A stretch of DNA of 64,000 bases from an uncultured Nitrospiraceae bacterium (GCA_963718855.1 CAVRAA010000002.1:50225-114224), one strand, 5' to 3'. Numbered from the stretch's first letter, positions 52,316 to 62,312 are shown. The notes: generated by a model not told the origin, from the sequence alone. Program-made: numbers and translations.

Positions 52316-53214
52316 TTATTTCCCTTTTGCCGGCAGATCGTGTACATCGATGTGACACTGCAGGCAGTTCGGGAACTTCTTGAGCACGACTTCACCGTGC
52401 GGCTGGCCGTGGCATTCCTGACACTGAGGAACATATTTGTGTTTGGAATGATGGCATTTCACGCAGGCTACCTGACCGTGCTTGCTTACGGTTGACTTGA
52501 TTTTCTGCAATACCTGCGTATGGCAGCCACCGCAGACGTCGTTCTTCACTGTTTCCCCGTAACTAATCATGAGGGGCTTATGCACAGGATGGCACACCAG
52601 GCAGTCTTTTACCGTCTGGTCCGCTGAATGTGGTTTGTGGCATTCCATGCATGATGGTATGTAGCCGTGCTTGTCGTGATGGCACGAACCGCACGCAACC
52701 AGTGTGTGTTTGCTCGGGTTCTGCTGGAGTTCTGTGCTGACTGTCGCATGACAGTCGCCGCAGGCCTTTGCGAGCTCAGCGCTTGCCGTTATCTGTTTCT
52801 TCGGCGCATGGGGCTCAGCGTGGCACTGGGCACAGACGGGAAATTTCTGTCCGTGGAACAGGCCGTGACATTCCTGGCACTTCGGCATGATCTGGTCCCA
52901 GTTTTGTTTCACGGGGCTGTAGGCATGATACTTCGTATGGCATTTTACGCACTCGATCTGATGCTTGCCCCCCTCGTTTTTAATCAGGTTATATACGGAG
53001 GAGTGACAGCGTCCGCACTCATTGGGTGACATCGGAGTGATCTCTCCTGAGTAGAGGGAAGATGTCTTCACTTCTGCTTTCGTTCTTGCGCCGGTGCTGC
53101 CTGCTGTGTGGTCTGGGCTGTGACCGTTTCCGTTATTGCGCCTGTGGCAAATGCAGCGACGATCAGCAGTAGGAACAGGCCGAGCACAAAGGTCTTTCTT
53201 TTTCTGAAATCCAT
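52316..53214 (-). CDS. dodecaheme cytochrome c, frameshift after signal peptide
   Basis: MDFRKRKTFVLGLFLLLIVAAFA signal; 12 CXXCH in three 4-heme modules. Confidence 0.9.
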
Positions 53215-54062
53215 TATTTACCAACCTCCTTTCCTAAACTGTGTGCACTTAAGTGACACATATTACATTGCGGGAACTGTTTCAGCATGCCTGCGGGATG
53301 AGGCGCGCCGTGGCATGACTCACATGCGGGCACATATTTATGTTTTTCTTTGTGGCAGAAGACACATGCCAGAGCAGAGTGTTTTGTGTTCGATGACGTA
53401 AGACTGCCGGAGACGTCTGCATGACAGGCCGCGCATTGGCTGTTCGGCATATCAGGAGCGATAGAAATCGTAAGGGGCTGGTGGGCCGGATGGCAGACCA
53501 TGCAGTCCTTGTCCGTCTGCTCAGCAGAATGAGGCTGGTGGCACTTCATACACGGGGGAACATCCCTGTGTGCCTTGTGGCAAGTGGTACAGAACAGCTT
53601 CGAATGGAGCGTCGGGGTGTCCTTCAGTTCCTGTCCCTGCTTTGGATGGCAGGAAAGGCACGGGGCTGTGAGATTGACTGCCAGCTTCATATCGAGCGGC
53701 GCGTGCGGGTCGGTATGGCATGTGTTGCATCCGCCGATCTCGTAGTGCGGCTTGCCCGCGTGACACTCGCTGCAGAGCGGAATAATCTTGTCCTTGCTCA
53801 CCATCGGGGGATGTCCTTTATGGCAGCCCATGCAGGAAATGGCGGTCTTATGCTTGCTCCCCTTGCTCTCCACCGTGCCTGCCACCGCGGTATGACATTT
53901 GCCGCAGTCGCTGTTTGCAAGCTGTGCCTGGTCCGCAAAGCCCTCCTGCACGATGAAATGGTTCGGTAATAAGACAGATACGAAAAACCCTGTTACAGCG
54001 AGGAAAAGCAATGAACACATGATCTTCCCCTTTTTGTTCTTCTCCATGAGGCGCTTACTCAT
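53214..54062 (-). CDS. dodecaheme cytochrome c (paralog of the downstream gene)
   Basis: N-terminal hydrophobic segment; 12 CXXCH with the same spacing; TAATG coupling to the next gene. Confidence 0.92.
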   Translation of the reverse strand: MSKRLMEKNKKGKIMCSLLFLAVTGFFVSVLLPNHFIVQEGFADQAQLANSDCGKCHTAVAGTVESKGSKHKTAISCMGCHKGHPPMVSKDKIIPLCSECHAGKPHYEIGGCNTCHTDPHAPLDMKLAVNLTAPCLSCHPKQGQELKDTPTLHSKLFCTTCHKAHRDVPPCMKCHQPHSAEQTDKDCMVCHPAHQPLTISIAPDMPNSQCAACHADVSGSLTSSNTKHSALACVFCHKEKHKYVPACESCHGAPHPAGMLKQFPQCNMCHLSAHSLGKEVGK

Positions 54063-54214
54063 CGTCCTTACCCCCTTCCGGTGTCTCTATAAATAGCTAT
54101 TAATACTATATCCTTCGCCGATTTGCTCTTATCAGGTAGCGTTAACTTATACCATCTTTTTTCATTTTCTGTCAAGGGAAAAATAGGCGAATTAGCACGC
54201 ATTCAGTGAAAGGT

Positions 54215-54267
54215 GTAGCCGCAACCTTTAGGTTGCGCCTTGGGCGCAGGCTGAAGCCTGCGGCTAC
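54215..54267. repeat. GTAG-type REP doublet
   Basis: GTAGCCGCAACCTTTAGGTTGCG ... CGCAGGCTGAAGCCTGCGGCTAC. Confidence 0.8.
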
Positions 54268-54302
54268 CTTGAAAAATTATGAAATTTTCCAGAAAAATGA
54301 TT

Positions 54303-55331
54303 CTAATACCAGAGAACCGAGCCGTCTTTCGCCTTGATCGGAACGCGTCTGAGGGGGAGTTGCTTTTCCCATAACGATCTGTTTTCTTTATACCAGAGAA
54401 TGGTCCTGCCGAGGCCTTCTTCAAAGGACACTTCGGCCTGGAATCCCAATAGTGTTTTTGCCTTTTCACATGAAGCGATATGCTTCTGGACCTGGCCGAA
54501 ACGATCGGGGATGAAAGAAAGACGCTCTTTGCCGAGATTGAAGGCTTTCGTCACCTTCTCAGCAATCTGAAGGACGTTCAGACTCTGTCCCGTGCCGATA
54601 TTGAAGACCTCTCCCCTGACGCTCTCAAACGGAGCGTGGATGGCGAGATCCACCGCTCTGGAGGTGTCTTCCGCATGGACCCAGTCCCTCGCAGCTGAGC
54701 CGTCACCGTGAACAGTAAGCGGTTCACCGAGAATGCAGCTCGTAATGAAACGCGGGATGACCTTTTCGAGATGCTGCCTCGGGCCGTAGTTATTGAACGG
54801 CCTGATGATCACCGCCGGGATTTCGTGGGCGAGGACATACGAAGACACGAGCCTGTCGGCGCCCGCCTTCGCCGCGGCGTACGGGCTTGTCGGGTTCAGC
54901 GGATGGTCTTCATCCATAGGCTCATAGGCTGCCGTGCCGTATACTTCCGACGTCGAGATGTGGATGAAGCGTTCGATCCTGTCGGAATATTTCCATACCG
55001 CGTTTACAACGGATTGCGTGCCGAGCACGTCGGTCACAAAAAATATCCTGTGAGAGTAGAGAGAGCGCGCCACATGTGTCTCTGCCGCGAAATGCACAAC
55101 GATATCGGATTTTCCGACAAGGTCGCTCACAAGGTCAAGGTTATTGACGTCCCCGTACCAGAACTCAAACCGGTCGGAGTTCCGTACCTCCGGCGGAATA
55201 TTTTCGATATCACCCGCATAGGTGAGCTGATCGAGGACAAGAATTTTGTAGTCAGGGTATTTTTTAAAGATGTATTCGACGAAATTGCTGCCGATAAACC
55301 CCGCCCCGCCTGTGATGAAGATTGTTTTCAT
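54303..55331 (-). CDS. dTDP-glucose 4,6-dehydratase-like NAD-dependent dehydratase
   Basis: TGGAGFIGSN, LTYAG, HFAAETHV, STSEVYG, SPYAAAK, NNYGP. Confidence 0.88.
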   Translation of the reverse strand: MKTIFITGGAGFIGSNFVEYIFKKYPDYKILVLDQLTYAGDIENIPPEVRNSDRFEFWYGDVNNLDLVSDLVGKSDIVVHFAAETHVARSLYSHRIFFVTDVLGTQSVVNAVWKYSDRIERFIHISTSEVYGTAAYEPMDEDHPLNPTSPYAAAKAGADRLVSSYVLAHEIPAVIIRPFNNYGPRQHLEKVIPRFITSCILGEPLTVHGDGSAARDWVHAEDTSRAVDLAIHAPFESVRGEVFNIGTGQSLNVLQIAEKVTKAFNLGKERLSFIPDRFGQVQKHIASCEKAKTLLGFQAEVSFEEGLGRTILWYKENRSLWEKQLPLRRVPIKAKDGSVLWY

Positions 55332-55410
55332 GGATGCATTCTCCCTTAGTAGATTATTACGTACCGTCGCTAATGACTTTCGAGCACCTGCGCGTATTCG
55401 TAATAGAGTG

Positions 55411-55531
55411 AATTTCCCCTCACCCCTCTTAGCAAGAGGGGTAAATGCATCGGTAGTGGCATAAGGTTAGTCTGGATCTCATGATCTTATGTTCCCCTCT
55501 TTAGCGTCAGAGGCGGAGCTGCGGCGAAGTT
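55411..55531. repeat. CCCCTCT-N-AGAGGGG hairpin repeat pair
   Basis: ttcccctcacccctcttagcaagagggg and gttcccctcttagcgtcagagg; same family as the DUF559 termini. Confidence 0.55.
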
Positions 55532-56680
55532 ATCAGTATTCTGATTCGATTTACCCTTTAACCCCTCCTTCAACACCTTCACCACATACCTGACCTCTCT
55601 CTCTTTCAGCGAGGGATACAAAGGCAGCGACAGCGTCCGTCTGCCGATTTCTTCCGCTACCGGAAAGTCTCCTTCTTTATATCCGAAATTTTTTCTGTAG
55701 TATCTCAGGAGATGGATCGGCCGGTAGTTTACCGCAACGCCGATGTCGTGGGCCTGAAGCGACCTGAGCAGGCTGTCCCTCTCTGCAGGCGGCACGAGCA
55801 CCGTAAACAGATGCCTGCCGTGTTTCACCTTCGGGAGGGTCTTCAACAGTGTTATCCCGTTAACGGTCCTCAATTCCTCTTCGTAGAGCTTCCAGATCCT
55901 TTCTCTCTTCCTCCAGAGCGCTTCAATGCGTTCGAGCTGACCGATCAGCAGCGCTCCCTGAATATTATCCATGTTATATTTCCATCCAAGGACCGGCATG
56001 TCCCAGTGCCGGTACTGTTTTGTGTACCGGTCCGCAGCGCCTCTGTCGATGCCGTGCAGGCGCAGCATTTTCAGGGAATCCGCCAGTTTCTTTTTGCCGG
56101 TGCATACCGCTCCGCCTTCGCCTGATGTGATATTCTTTGTCGCATAAAAGCTGAAGCAGACCGCGTCAGCAGCCTCGCCGACCCTTATCCCGTCACGCGA
56201 CGCCTCTATCGCATGCGCGGCGTCCTCGATAATTTTCAGGTGATATTTTGCCGCCATCGACCTGATTTTTTTCATATCGCACATCTGGCCGTAGAGGTGG
56301 ACGGGAATGATTGCCTTTGTTTTTTTCGTGACCGATGCCTCGATGAGGTCCGCGTTGATATTCCCTGTTTCCTCTTCGACATCAACGAACACGGGTTTTG
56401 CTCCGGCATGGAGGATGGCATTTGCCGTCGCACAGAAGCTCATCGGCGTGGTAATGACTTCGTCGCCGGGCCCTATGCCGAGGGCGATGAGACTCAGATG
56501 GAGGGCCGCGGTGCAGCTCGTAAGGCCGACGGTATGGTTCAGCCCGGTGTACCGGGAGAACTTTTTTTCGAACTCTTCGACCTCCTTCCCCGTCGTGAGG
56601 AAGATCGACCTCAGGACACGGTCCACCCGCGCCCTGTCCTCCCTGTCGATGCTGTGGCGGAAGAACTCTATTTTTTTCAC
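55487..56680 (-). CDS. DegT/DnrJ/EryC1/StrS PLP-dependent sugar aminotransferase
   Basis: SCTAALH, PVHLYG, IIEDAAHA, SFYATKNITSGEGG, LSLPLYP. Confidence 0.93.
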   Translation of the reverse strand: MKKIEFFRHSIDREDRARVDRVLRSIFLTTGKEVEEFEKKFSRYTGLNHTVGLTSCTAALHLSLIALGIGPGDEVITTPMSFCATANAILHAGAKPVFVDVEEETGNINADLIEASVTKKTKAIIPVHLYGQMCDMKKIRSMAAKYHLKIIEDAAHAIEASRDGIRVGEAADAVCFSFYATKNITSGEGGAVCTGKKKLADSLKMLRLHGIDRGAADRYTKQYRHWDMPVLGWKYNMDNIQGALLIGQLERIEALWRKRERIWKLYEEELRTVNGITLLKTLPKVKHGRHLFTVLVPPAERDSLLRSLQAHDIGVAVNYRPIHLLRYYRKNFGYKEGDFPVAEEIGRRTLSLPLYPSLKEREVRYVVKVLKEGLKGKSNQNTDNFAAAPPLTLKRGT

Positions 56681-56769
56681 GTGGAATATTATAAAATCTT
56701 TCCAGAGAAAAAGGCGATGGGAGATTTTGTGGATATCAGTCGACGGTTCGAATGCATTTCGATTCGATA

Positions 56770-57217
56770 ATTCCCCCTTAACAAAGGGGGATTAAGGGGG
56801 TTGTGTATCCGAAAATCCATTTTACAATCCAGAGTTGAAACTCATACGCGAAAGAGCTTCGAAAGAAGGGAGTCGCTGTCCGAGGTCTTGCTTCTGGAAC
56901 CAATTAAAAAGGATAAACAAATGAAGGGCTATCAGTTTATGAGACAGAAACCCATAGGTGAATATATCGCTCGATTTTTATTGCGAGTAAGCTGAGAACT
57001 GGTAATAGAAATCGATGGAGAAAGCCATGAGGGTAGATTCCAATATGATGATCAAAAAGACAACAGTTTCTGGAATCCATTGGGTTGACAGTGCTGAGAT
57101 TTAACTGATGCAGATGTGAAAAGGGACATGACCAATGTTTTAATGGCGGATTAGAGGGTTGGATTGAAAATCAGCGTGTAAACAACCGCCTTCGTCCCCC
57201 TTAGTCTAAGGAGGAAT
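56770..57217 (+). mobile_element. DUF559 endonuclease cassette A (gene heavily frameshifted) between ~35-bp inverted termini
   Basis: ELRK...SEVLL...GYQFMRQKPIGEYI.DFYC...IEIDGESH...GLTVLRF across frames; 56770-56804 is an inverted match of 57182-57217. Confidence 0.6.
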
Positions 57218-57227
57218 AACAGAGGAA

Positions 57228-58190
57228 ATGAATATGACTGACTCGACCCCTGAATTTTCGGTCGTCATCCCGATCTGCAACGAACAGGAGAACATCCCTG
57301 AACTCTGCACGAGGCTGACGGGCGTCATGGAGATCGCTCTGTGCAGTCGTGAATCTGCCCGGACGACCGATACGAAATCATCATCGTTGACGACGGCAGC
57401 AGGGACGCCTCATGGGAGCGTATAAGGGAATATCATGATCGTGACAGCAGGGTGAAGGGGATCAGCTTTTCGAGGAATTTCGGCCACCACATTGCAATCA
57501 CCGCCGGCATTGACAGTGCCAGGGGGAATACCGTCATTCTGATGGACGGTGACCTCCAGGACCCGCCTGAAGAGATCCCGGTGCTCTTTGAGAAATTCAG
57601 GGAAGGCTACGACATCGTCTACGGGATACGCCGGCACCGTGAAGACCCCTTGCTGAAAAAGATGTCCTCATCCGTGTTCTGGTGGATACTGAGAAAGTTC
57701 TCCGGAGTCGATATCCCGCAGGGACAGACGATGCTGCGGATTCTGAGCAGAAGGCTCATCGAGAGCATGAAAGGAATGCGGGAGCACGCGCGGTTTATCC
57801 ACGGCATGATGGCATGGGCCGGGTTCAGGACCGCGACAGTAACAGTCAGGCACGAGCCGAGGACAAAGGGAAAAAGTAAATACAATGTCCCCAAAATGTT
57901 CAGGCTCGCGTTTCATGCAGTAACCTCTTTTTCGATCAGTGCCGCTCAGACTCGCCACGTATCTCGGCTTCCTGAGCGCTTTGGCCAGTTTTCTTATCGG
58001 GATGTATTTCGTCTACAAGCGGTTTGTTTACGGGATCCCGGTGCTCGGGTACGCCTCGATCATCGTCTCGATCTTTTTCGTCGGCGGCATACAGCTGCTC
58101 GTCCTCGGGATATTCGGGGAGTATCTGGGAAGGACCTATCAGGAAGTCCAGAGAAGGCCGCTCTATATTATTCAGGAATCATTGTTGTAG
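57228..58190 (+). CDS. GT2 polyprenol-phosphate glycosyltransferase (GtrB/ArnC-like), frameshifted
   Basis: SVVIPICNE, IIVDDGSRD, SRNFGH, MDGDLQDPP, GKSKY, two TMs, GEYLGR...RPLYII. Confidence 0.88.
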
Positions 58191-58196
58191 GGTCGT

Positions 58197-58632
58197 TTTC
58201 CCCCACTTTAGAAAAGGGGGGTTAGGGGGGATTTGATTCCTCATGCTGCAATATGATAAGAGGCTTAAACAGTTTTCAAGGGCGCTTAGAACAAATATGA
58301 CGGATTCTGAAAAGCTGTTATGGGCAAAGATCAGAAGCAGGCAACTGAAAGGGCATCAATTTTACAGACAAAAGGTCATAGGGAGCTATATCGTCGATTT
58401 TTATTGCCCAAAAGCAAGATTAGTCATTGAAGTTGATGGAGGTCAGCATTATAGTGCTGAAGGTTTGAATAAAGATAAGATCAGAGATGATTTTCTGGAA
58501 GAATCCGGATTGAAGGTTATTAGATTTTCAGATAGTGAAGTCTGTAGGAATCTGCGAGGAGTTATCGAAAAAATATGGAGTTATTTATAATTTATAAAAT
58601 CTCCCCTTACCCCTCTTTGCCAAAGAGGGGAA
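58197..58632 (+). mobile_element. DUF559 endonuclease cassette B between ~38-bp inverted termini
   Basis: 58197-58236 is an imperfect inverted repeat of 58595-58632, bracketing only the DUF559 ORF. Confidence 0.6.
58243..58590 (+). CDS. DUF559 / Vsr-like endonuclease
   Basis: LRTNMTDSEKLLW, FYRQ, YIVDFYC, IEVDGGQH, GLKVIRF. Confidence 0.9.
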   Translation: MLQYDKRLKQFSRALRTNMTDSEKLLWAKIRSRQLKGHQFYRQKVIGSYIVDFYCPKARLVIEVDGGQHYSAEGLNKDKIRDDFLEESGLKVIRFSDSEVCRNLRGVIEKIWSYL

Positions 58633-58659
58633 TGAGAAAAATGAGGGATTTATAGCCTT

Positions 58660-59376
58660 ATGATCAAAGAATTGCCCTGGGACAGCGCTTTCTTCCGGAG
58701 AAAAATAGGGGCCTTAAAGGCGCCATCCGATGATCTTTCTGCTGTAAAAGACGCTCTCAAAAAAGCAAAAAAAGACGGCTTCGCATACCTGACGTGCAGG
58801 CTCCCGGCGCAGGATGCCGTATTGATAAGGCTTCTGGAATCTGTCGGTTTTTATCTGACCGATATCGGCGTCACACTGGAGACAGCCACACGGAGCTATT
58901 TTCAGAAAGGAAAGCAATCGCGTCCAACAAAACAGAATGCGATCAAAGCAGCGACCCTTGAGGACATACCGGCGCTGCAAAAATATATCACATCCCTTTT
59001 CCGCGAAAGCCGCTTTTATAATGACCCGTTTTTTCCCAGGGAGGACGCCGACAGACTGTATCGGGCATGGATCGAAAATTCCGTGAGAGGCGAGGCCGCA
59101 GACATCGTTTTCCATATTCCCGGAACAGGCTTTATCAGCTGCAGGAAAGCGGGAAAGCATTCAGGGCAGATTGTGCTTATCGGGATAAAGAAAAGATTCA
59201 GGGGAAAGGGGTACGGCACAGCGCTCATCGCAGAAGCGATGGCATGGTTCAGAAAGGAACGTATCAGCACCGTTACCGTGAGAACGCAGTTGAAAAATAC
59301 AAAGGCCCTGAATTTCTACCTTCATTCAGGCTTTACCGTAAAGGAATACGATATTATTTTTGGAAGGATATTGTGA
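58660..59376 (+). CDS. GNAT sugar N-acetyltransferase (WecD/RffC-like)
   Basis: LPWDSAFF, SRFYNDP, RLYRAWIEN, RGKGYG, VRTQLKN..AL.FY..SGF. Confidence 0.85.
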   Translation: MIKELPWDSAFFRRKIGALKAPSDDLSAVKDALKKAKKDGFAYLTCRLPAQDAVLIRLLESVGFYLTDIGVTLETATRSYFQKGKQSRPTKQNAIKAATLEDIPALQKYITSLFRESRFYNDPFFPREDADRLYRAWIENSVRGEAADIVFHIPGTGFISCRKAGKHSGQIVLIGIKKRFRGKGYGTALIAEAMAWFRKERISTVTVRTQLKNTKALNFYLHSGFTVKEYDIIFGRIL

Positions 59377-59378
59377 AC

Positions 59379-59489
59379 GACAGGATATTATGAACGACAG
59401 GATTCGAGGATTCCAGGGGTCCAGGATTCCAGTGTTGAAAGGTATTTATTAACTCGAACCCTTGAATCCTTGAATCCTTGAACCCCTTT
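59379..59489. repeat. inverted arrays of GGATTC(G/C)A-like octamers
   Basis: ggattcgaggattccaggggtccaggattcca ... cttgaatccttgaatccttgaacc. Confidence 0.65.
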
Positions 59490-61404
59490 TCAGTATCCCT
59501 GTCTCCGTAAAAACTCCAGTCGCTGCTTCACTTTTTCATTTGCCGGATCAATCATCTGCGCCTTTGAGAATGCCCTTTTTGCTTCCTGGTAGTTCTGCTT
59601 TGCGAGGAAGGCGTCGCCTATGGTGATCGAATAGTTCACGTTCCAGCCGTAGTCCTGCGCCTTGAGTGCCGCCTCAACCGCCACTTCATTCCACAGCCAC
59701 TCCTTCGGCATAGAGAACCGGTCTATGAAGGGTTTATTTGCAGGGCTCTCCTGCAGGAAGATGAGAGAGATGTTGTCCATATAGATGAGATGCCAGGCAG
59801 GGTCATTGAGCAGCGCGGGAATCAGCGGTACGAGCCTGCCGCGTAAAGTTGTCCACCGAATACGTGATGATAAAATCCACGTTATATGCCTTAAGGATCG
59901 CCTTCCATTCAGGTAATTGTTCTACGGGCTGCCGGGACGCCCCCAGCACCCTCACTTCCTGGAAGAAGACCTCGCCTATTAATCCCCTGCCGTCGATGAA
60001 GACCTTGTAGTCGGGATAGAGCTCCCACATGAGATATCCGCCCCAGACATACGGATTAAACATATTCCCGGGTATCCTGTTCTCTTTCAGAAACCGCGCA
60101 GCCCCTTCAGGGTATTTATTCATCCGGATGCCGCTCTTAAAGAGATCTGCATTGTTGATGACGATGATGAGGGCTATCGAAAGGATAATCGCAGACGGCA
60201 TCTCGATTTTTTTCGCCATCGACTGTAAGTAGCTCCGGTGGCTTCAGCTTCCTGAGGATTTCCGCTCCGTATCGGGCGATCATGAGTGCGGCGACCGGGC
60301 AGAAGAACGGGATAAAACGGGAAGACGAAAGGCTCATGACGGCAAGAACGGTCACGAGTACCCCATCAGTGAGGTCGCGTCTTTGTATGTCGATTACGAA
60401 GAGCAGGACCAAAAGGGTCAGGAGGATAAAATAGATGATGAATTGCGGTTCATAAAAACCGGACCGGACAAGGGTCACCGGGGATACCGATTCGATGATC
60501 ATGCTCTTGTAACGGCCGGTCTCGAATTCGAGGAGAAAGGGGAAAACCTTATAGCTGTTCGGATTCATAAAAGACGAGAGGACTGCGATAATACCCGCTA
60601 TGTTCAGCATCTTCAGGGAGCGGGAAGGGAGGATGCTCCCGAATCGTTTCATGAAATATTTCATATTTTCCGCAATAAGGTAACAGGCGAGAATCAGTAT
60701 CCCCAGGATAAAACCGCCATGAAGGTTCGCCCACAGGAGCATGATGAAGGGGAGGGGGAGAGGATAGAAGGTTGCAGGCCAATGACGAACGGCAATGACA
60801 GGCTGTTGTGTCTCACTCGAATCCTGGAATCCTTGATCCTTGAATCCTGTTGTGTTGCACTTGAATCCTCGAATCCTTGGATCCTATGGATCCTGTCGAT
60901 GTTGCACCCTTTGCCTTTCTAAACCCTTCCAGCAGAAAGATCAGAAGAAAAGCGAACAGAAACGAAAAAAGCTGTGGTCTTTCCCCTGTAAAGGTGCGGA
61001 ATATCATCACTACCGGGACAAGGAAAATGACGGAGGAGTAAATCCCGAACCCTTCTCTCCGTATGCCTCTGAATAGCAGGAATATGAGGAGCGTAAGCAG
61101 CGATGCCCTCAGGAAGATGATCCCCTCAAGGCCGAAAAGGTCGTATATCCGGTAGAAGATGACCTGAGCAAGCCAGTATTGTTTGAGGATGAACCCGATG
61201 CGCTTTTGATTCAGGGTTGAGAGGGTCTTTCTGCAGCGACGTATAGGCAAACGGGTCTGTCACGGGCAGTGATCCGGACTGATAAATATATTCGCCGGTC
61301 TTCAGATGCCACCAGAAATCAGGGTCCTTTATCTCGACGGAAAAAAGGCCGAAGACGAGGGTGAAGAGGAGGGCGAGGAGGATGAATTTGGAGATTCTTA
61401 ACAT
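59490..61404 (-). CDS. polytopic membrane protein, putative GT-C glycosyltransferase with C-terminal TPR, frameshifted
   Basis: DPDFWWHLKTGEYI after TM1, ERPQ, LWANLHGGF, NPN, RFIPFF, YP, N.Y.WGGYL, FIDGR; TPR tail. Confidence 0.7.
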
Positions 61405-61406
61405 TA

Positions 61407-61559
61407 GGATTCAAGGGTTCGAGGATTCAAGGGTTCGAGGAGTCAAGAGTATGAATCACTTGGCCTCTTTGCGTCAGTTTATTTTTCACTTGAATCCTCG
61501 ACTATCCTTGACTCCTGTTTTTTCACTTGAATCCTCGAATCCTTGGCCCCTGTGAATCC
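61407..61559. repeat. inverted arrays of GGATTCAA/GGGTTCGA octamers
   Basis: ggattcaagggttcgaggattcaagggttcga ... cttgaatcctcgaatccttg. Confidence 0.7.
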
Positions 61560-62025
61560 TATGTTTTTTCTATTTCTTTCATCACCAGATTGATCAGTAC
61601 AGGAATATTTTTTCTATCAGCGGTGAGAGTTCCATGCTGGCATCGAGGCTCTCCGGTTCGATGCCGAGGAATACGATCTCATCGGGTTTGGTCCCAGAAA
61701 ATTCGACGATGGCAATGACGTCCGAGAAGTCGATCCCATGGGCTGAACGCAGCGTCCCTTTTTTTGCTGCGAGATCTTTGTCGGTGAAGCGGAACAGTGT
61801 TCCCGGCGGCGCTCCCGCTTTTACTGCGTCGACCACAATAACTTTTTCTCTGCCCTCGATGAGAATAGAGAGATTGAGCCCTCCAACGCCTCCGTCCAAG
61901 ACTTCCACATCAGGCGGCAATGCATCTCCATGCATTTTTTCCGCAACGCGAACGCCGATGCCTTCGTCTGTCAGAAGGACATTGCCGATGCCGAGGATGA
62001 GTATTGTTTTATCTCGTGGTTCCAT
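61559..62025 (-). CDS. hydrogenase maturation protease (HybD/HyaD family), frameshift at C-terminus
   Basis: ILGIGNVLLTDEGIG, VLDGG, VVDA, SAH, LGIEP. Confidence 0.92.
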
Positions 62026-62081
62026 AGTATAATGTCGTCTATTATATAATTTTCAGCCCTAGATATTCCCAGCATTTGAGT

Positions 62082-62195
62082 AACTCTCCCTTGCCCCCTC
62101 TTAACCCAAGAGGGGAAAATAGGTAGAAATGAAAAATGCGAGTAATCCTTTTGTTTTTATGGCAGCCTCTAAGGTAAGAGGGGTCAGGGGGAGTT
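62082..62195. repeat. CCCCTCT-N-AGAGGGG hairpin repeat pair
   Basis: aactctcccttgccccctcttaacccaagagggg and its inverted partner cctctaaggtaagaggggtcagggggagtt. Confidence 0.6.
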
Positions 62196-62312
62196 ATGCT
62201 CTTCCGGTCTGTCCCAACCCTTATCAGGCAGCGGATGGTTCCAAGCAACTCCCTGTATACCAGGAATCGAGTTATGATTCCCCTTTAGTCAAAGGGATTC
62301 ATGTGGTTCTCC

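Noticed and set aside
59379-61559. CRISPR array
   Set aside because: Repeats are degenerate 8-mers without unique spacers, and no cas genes are present
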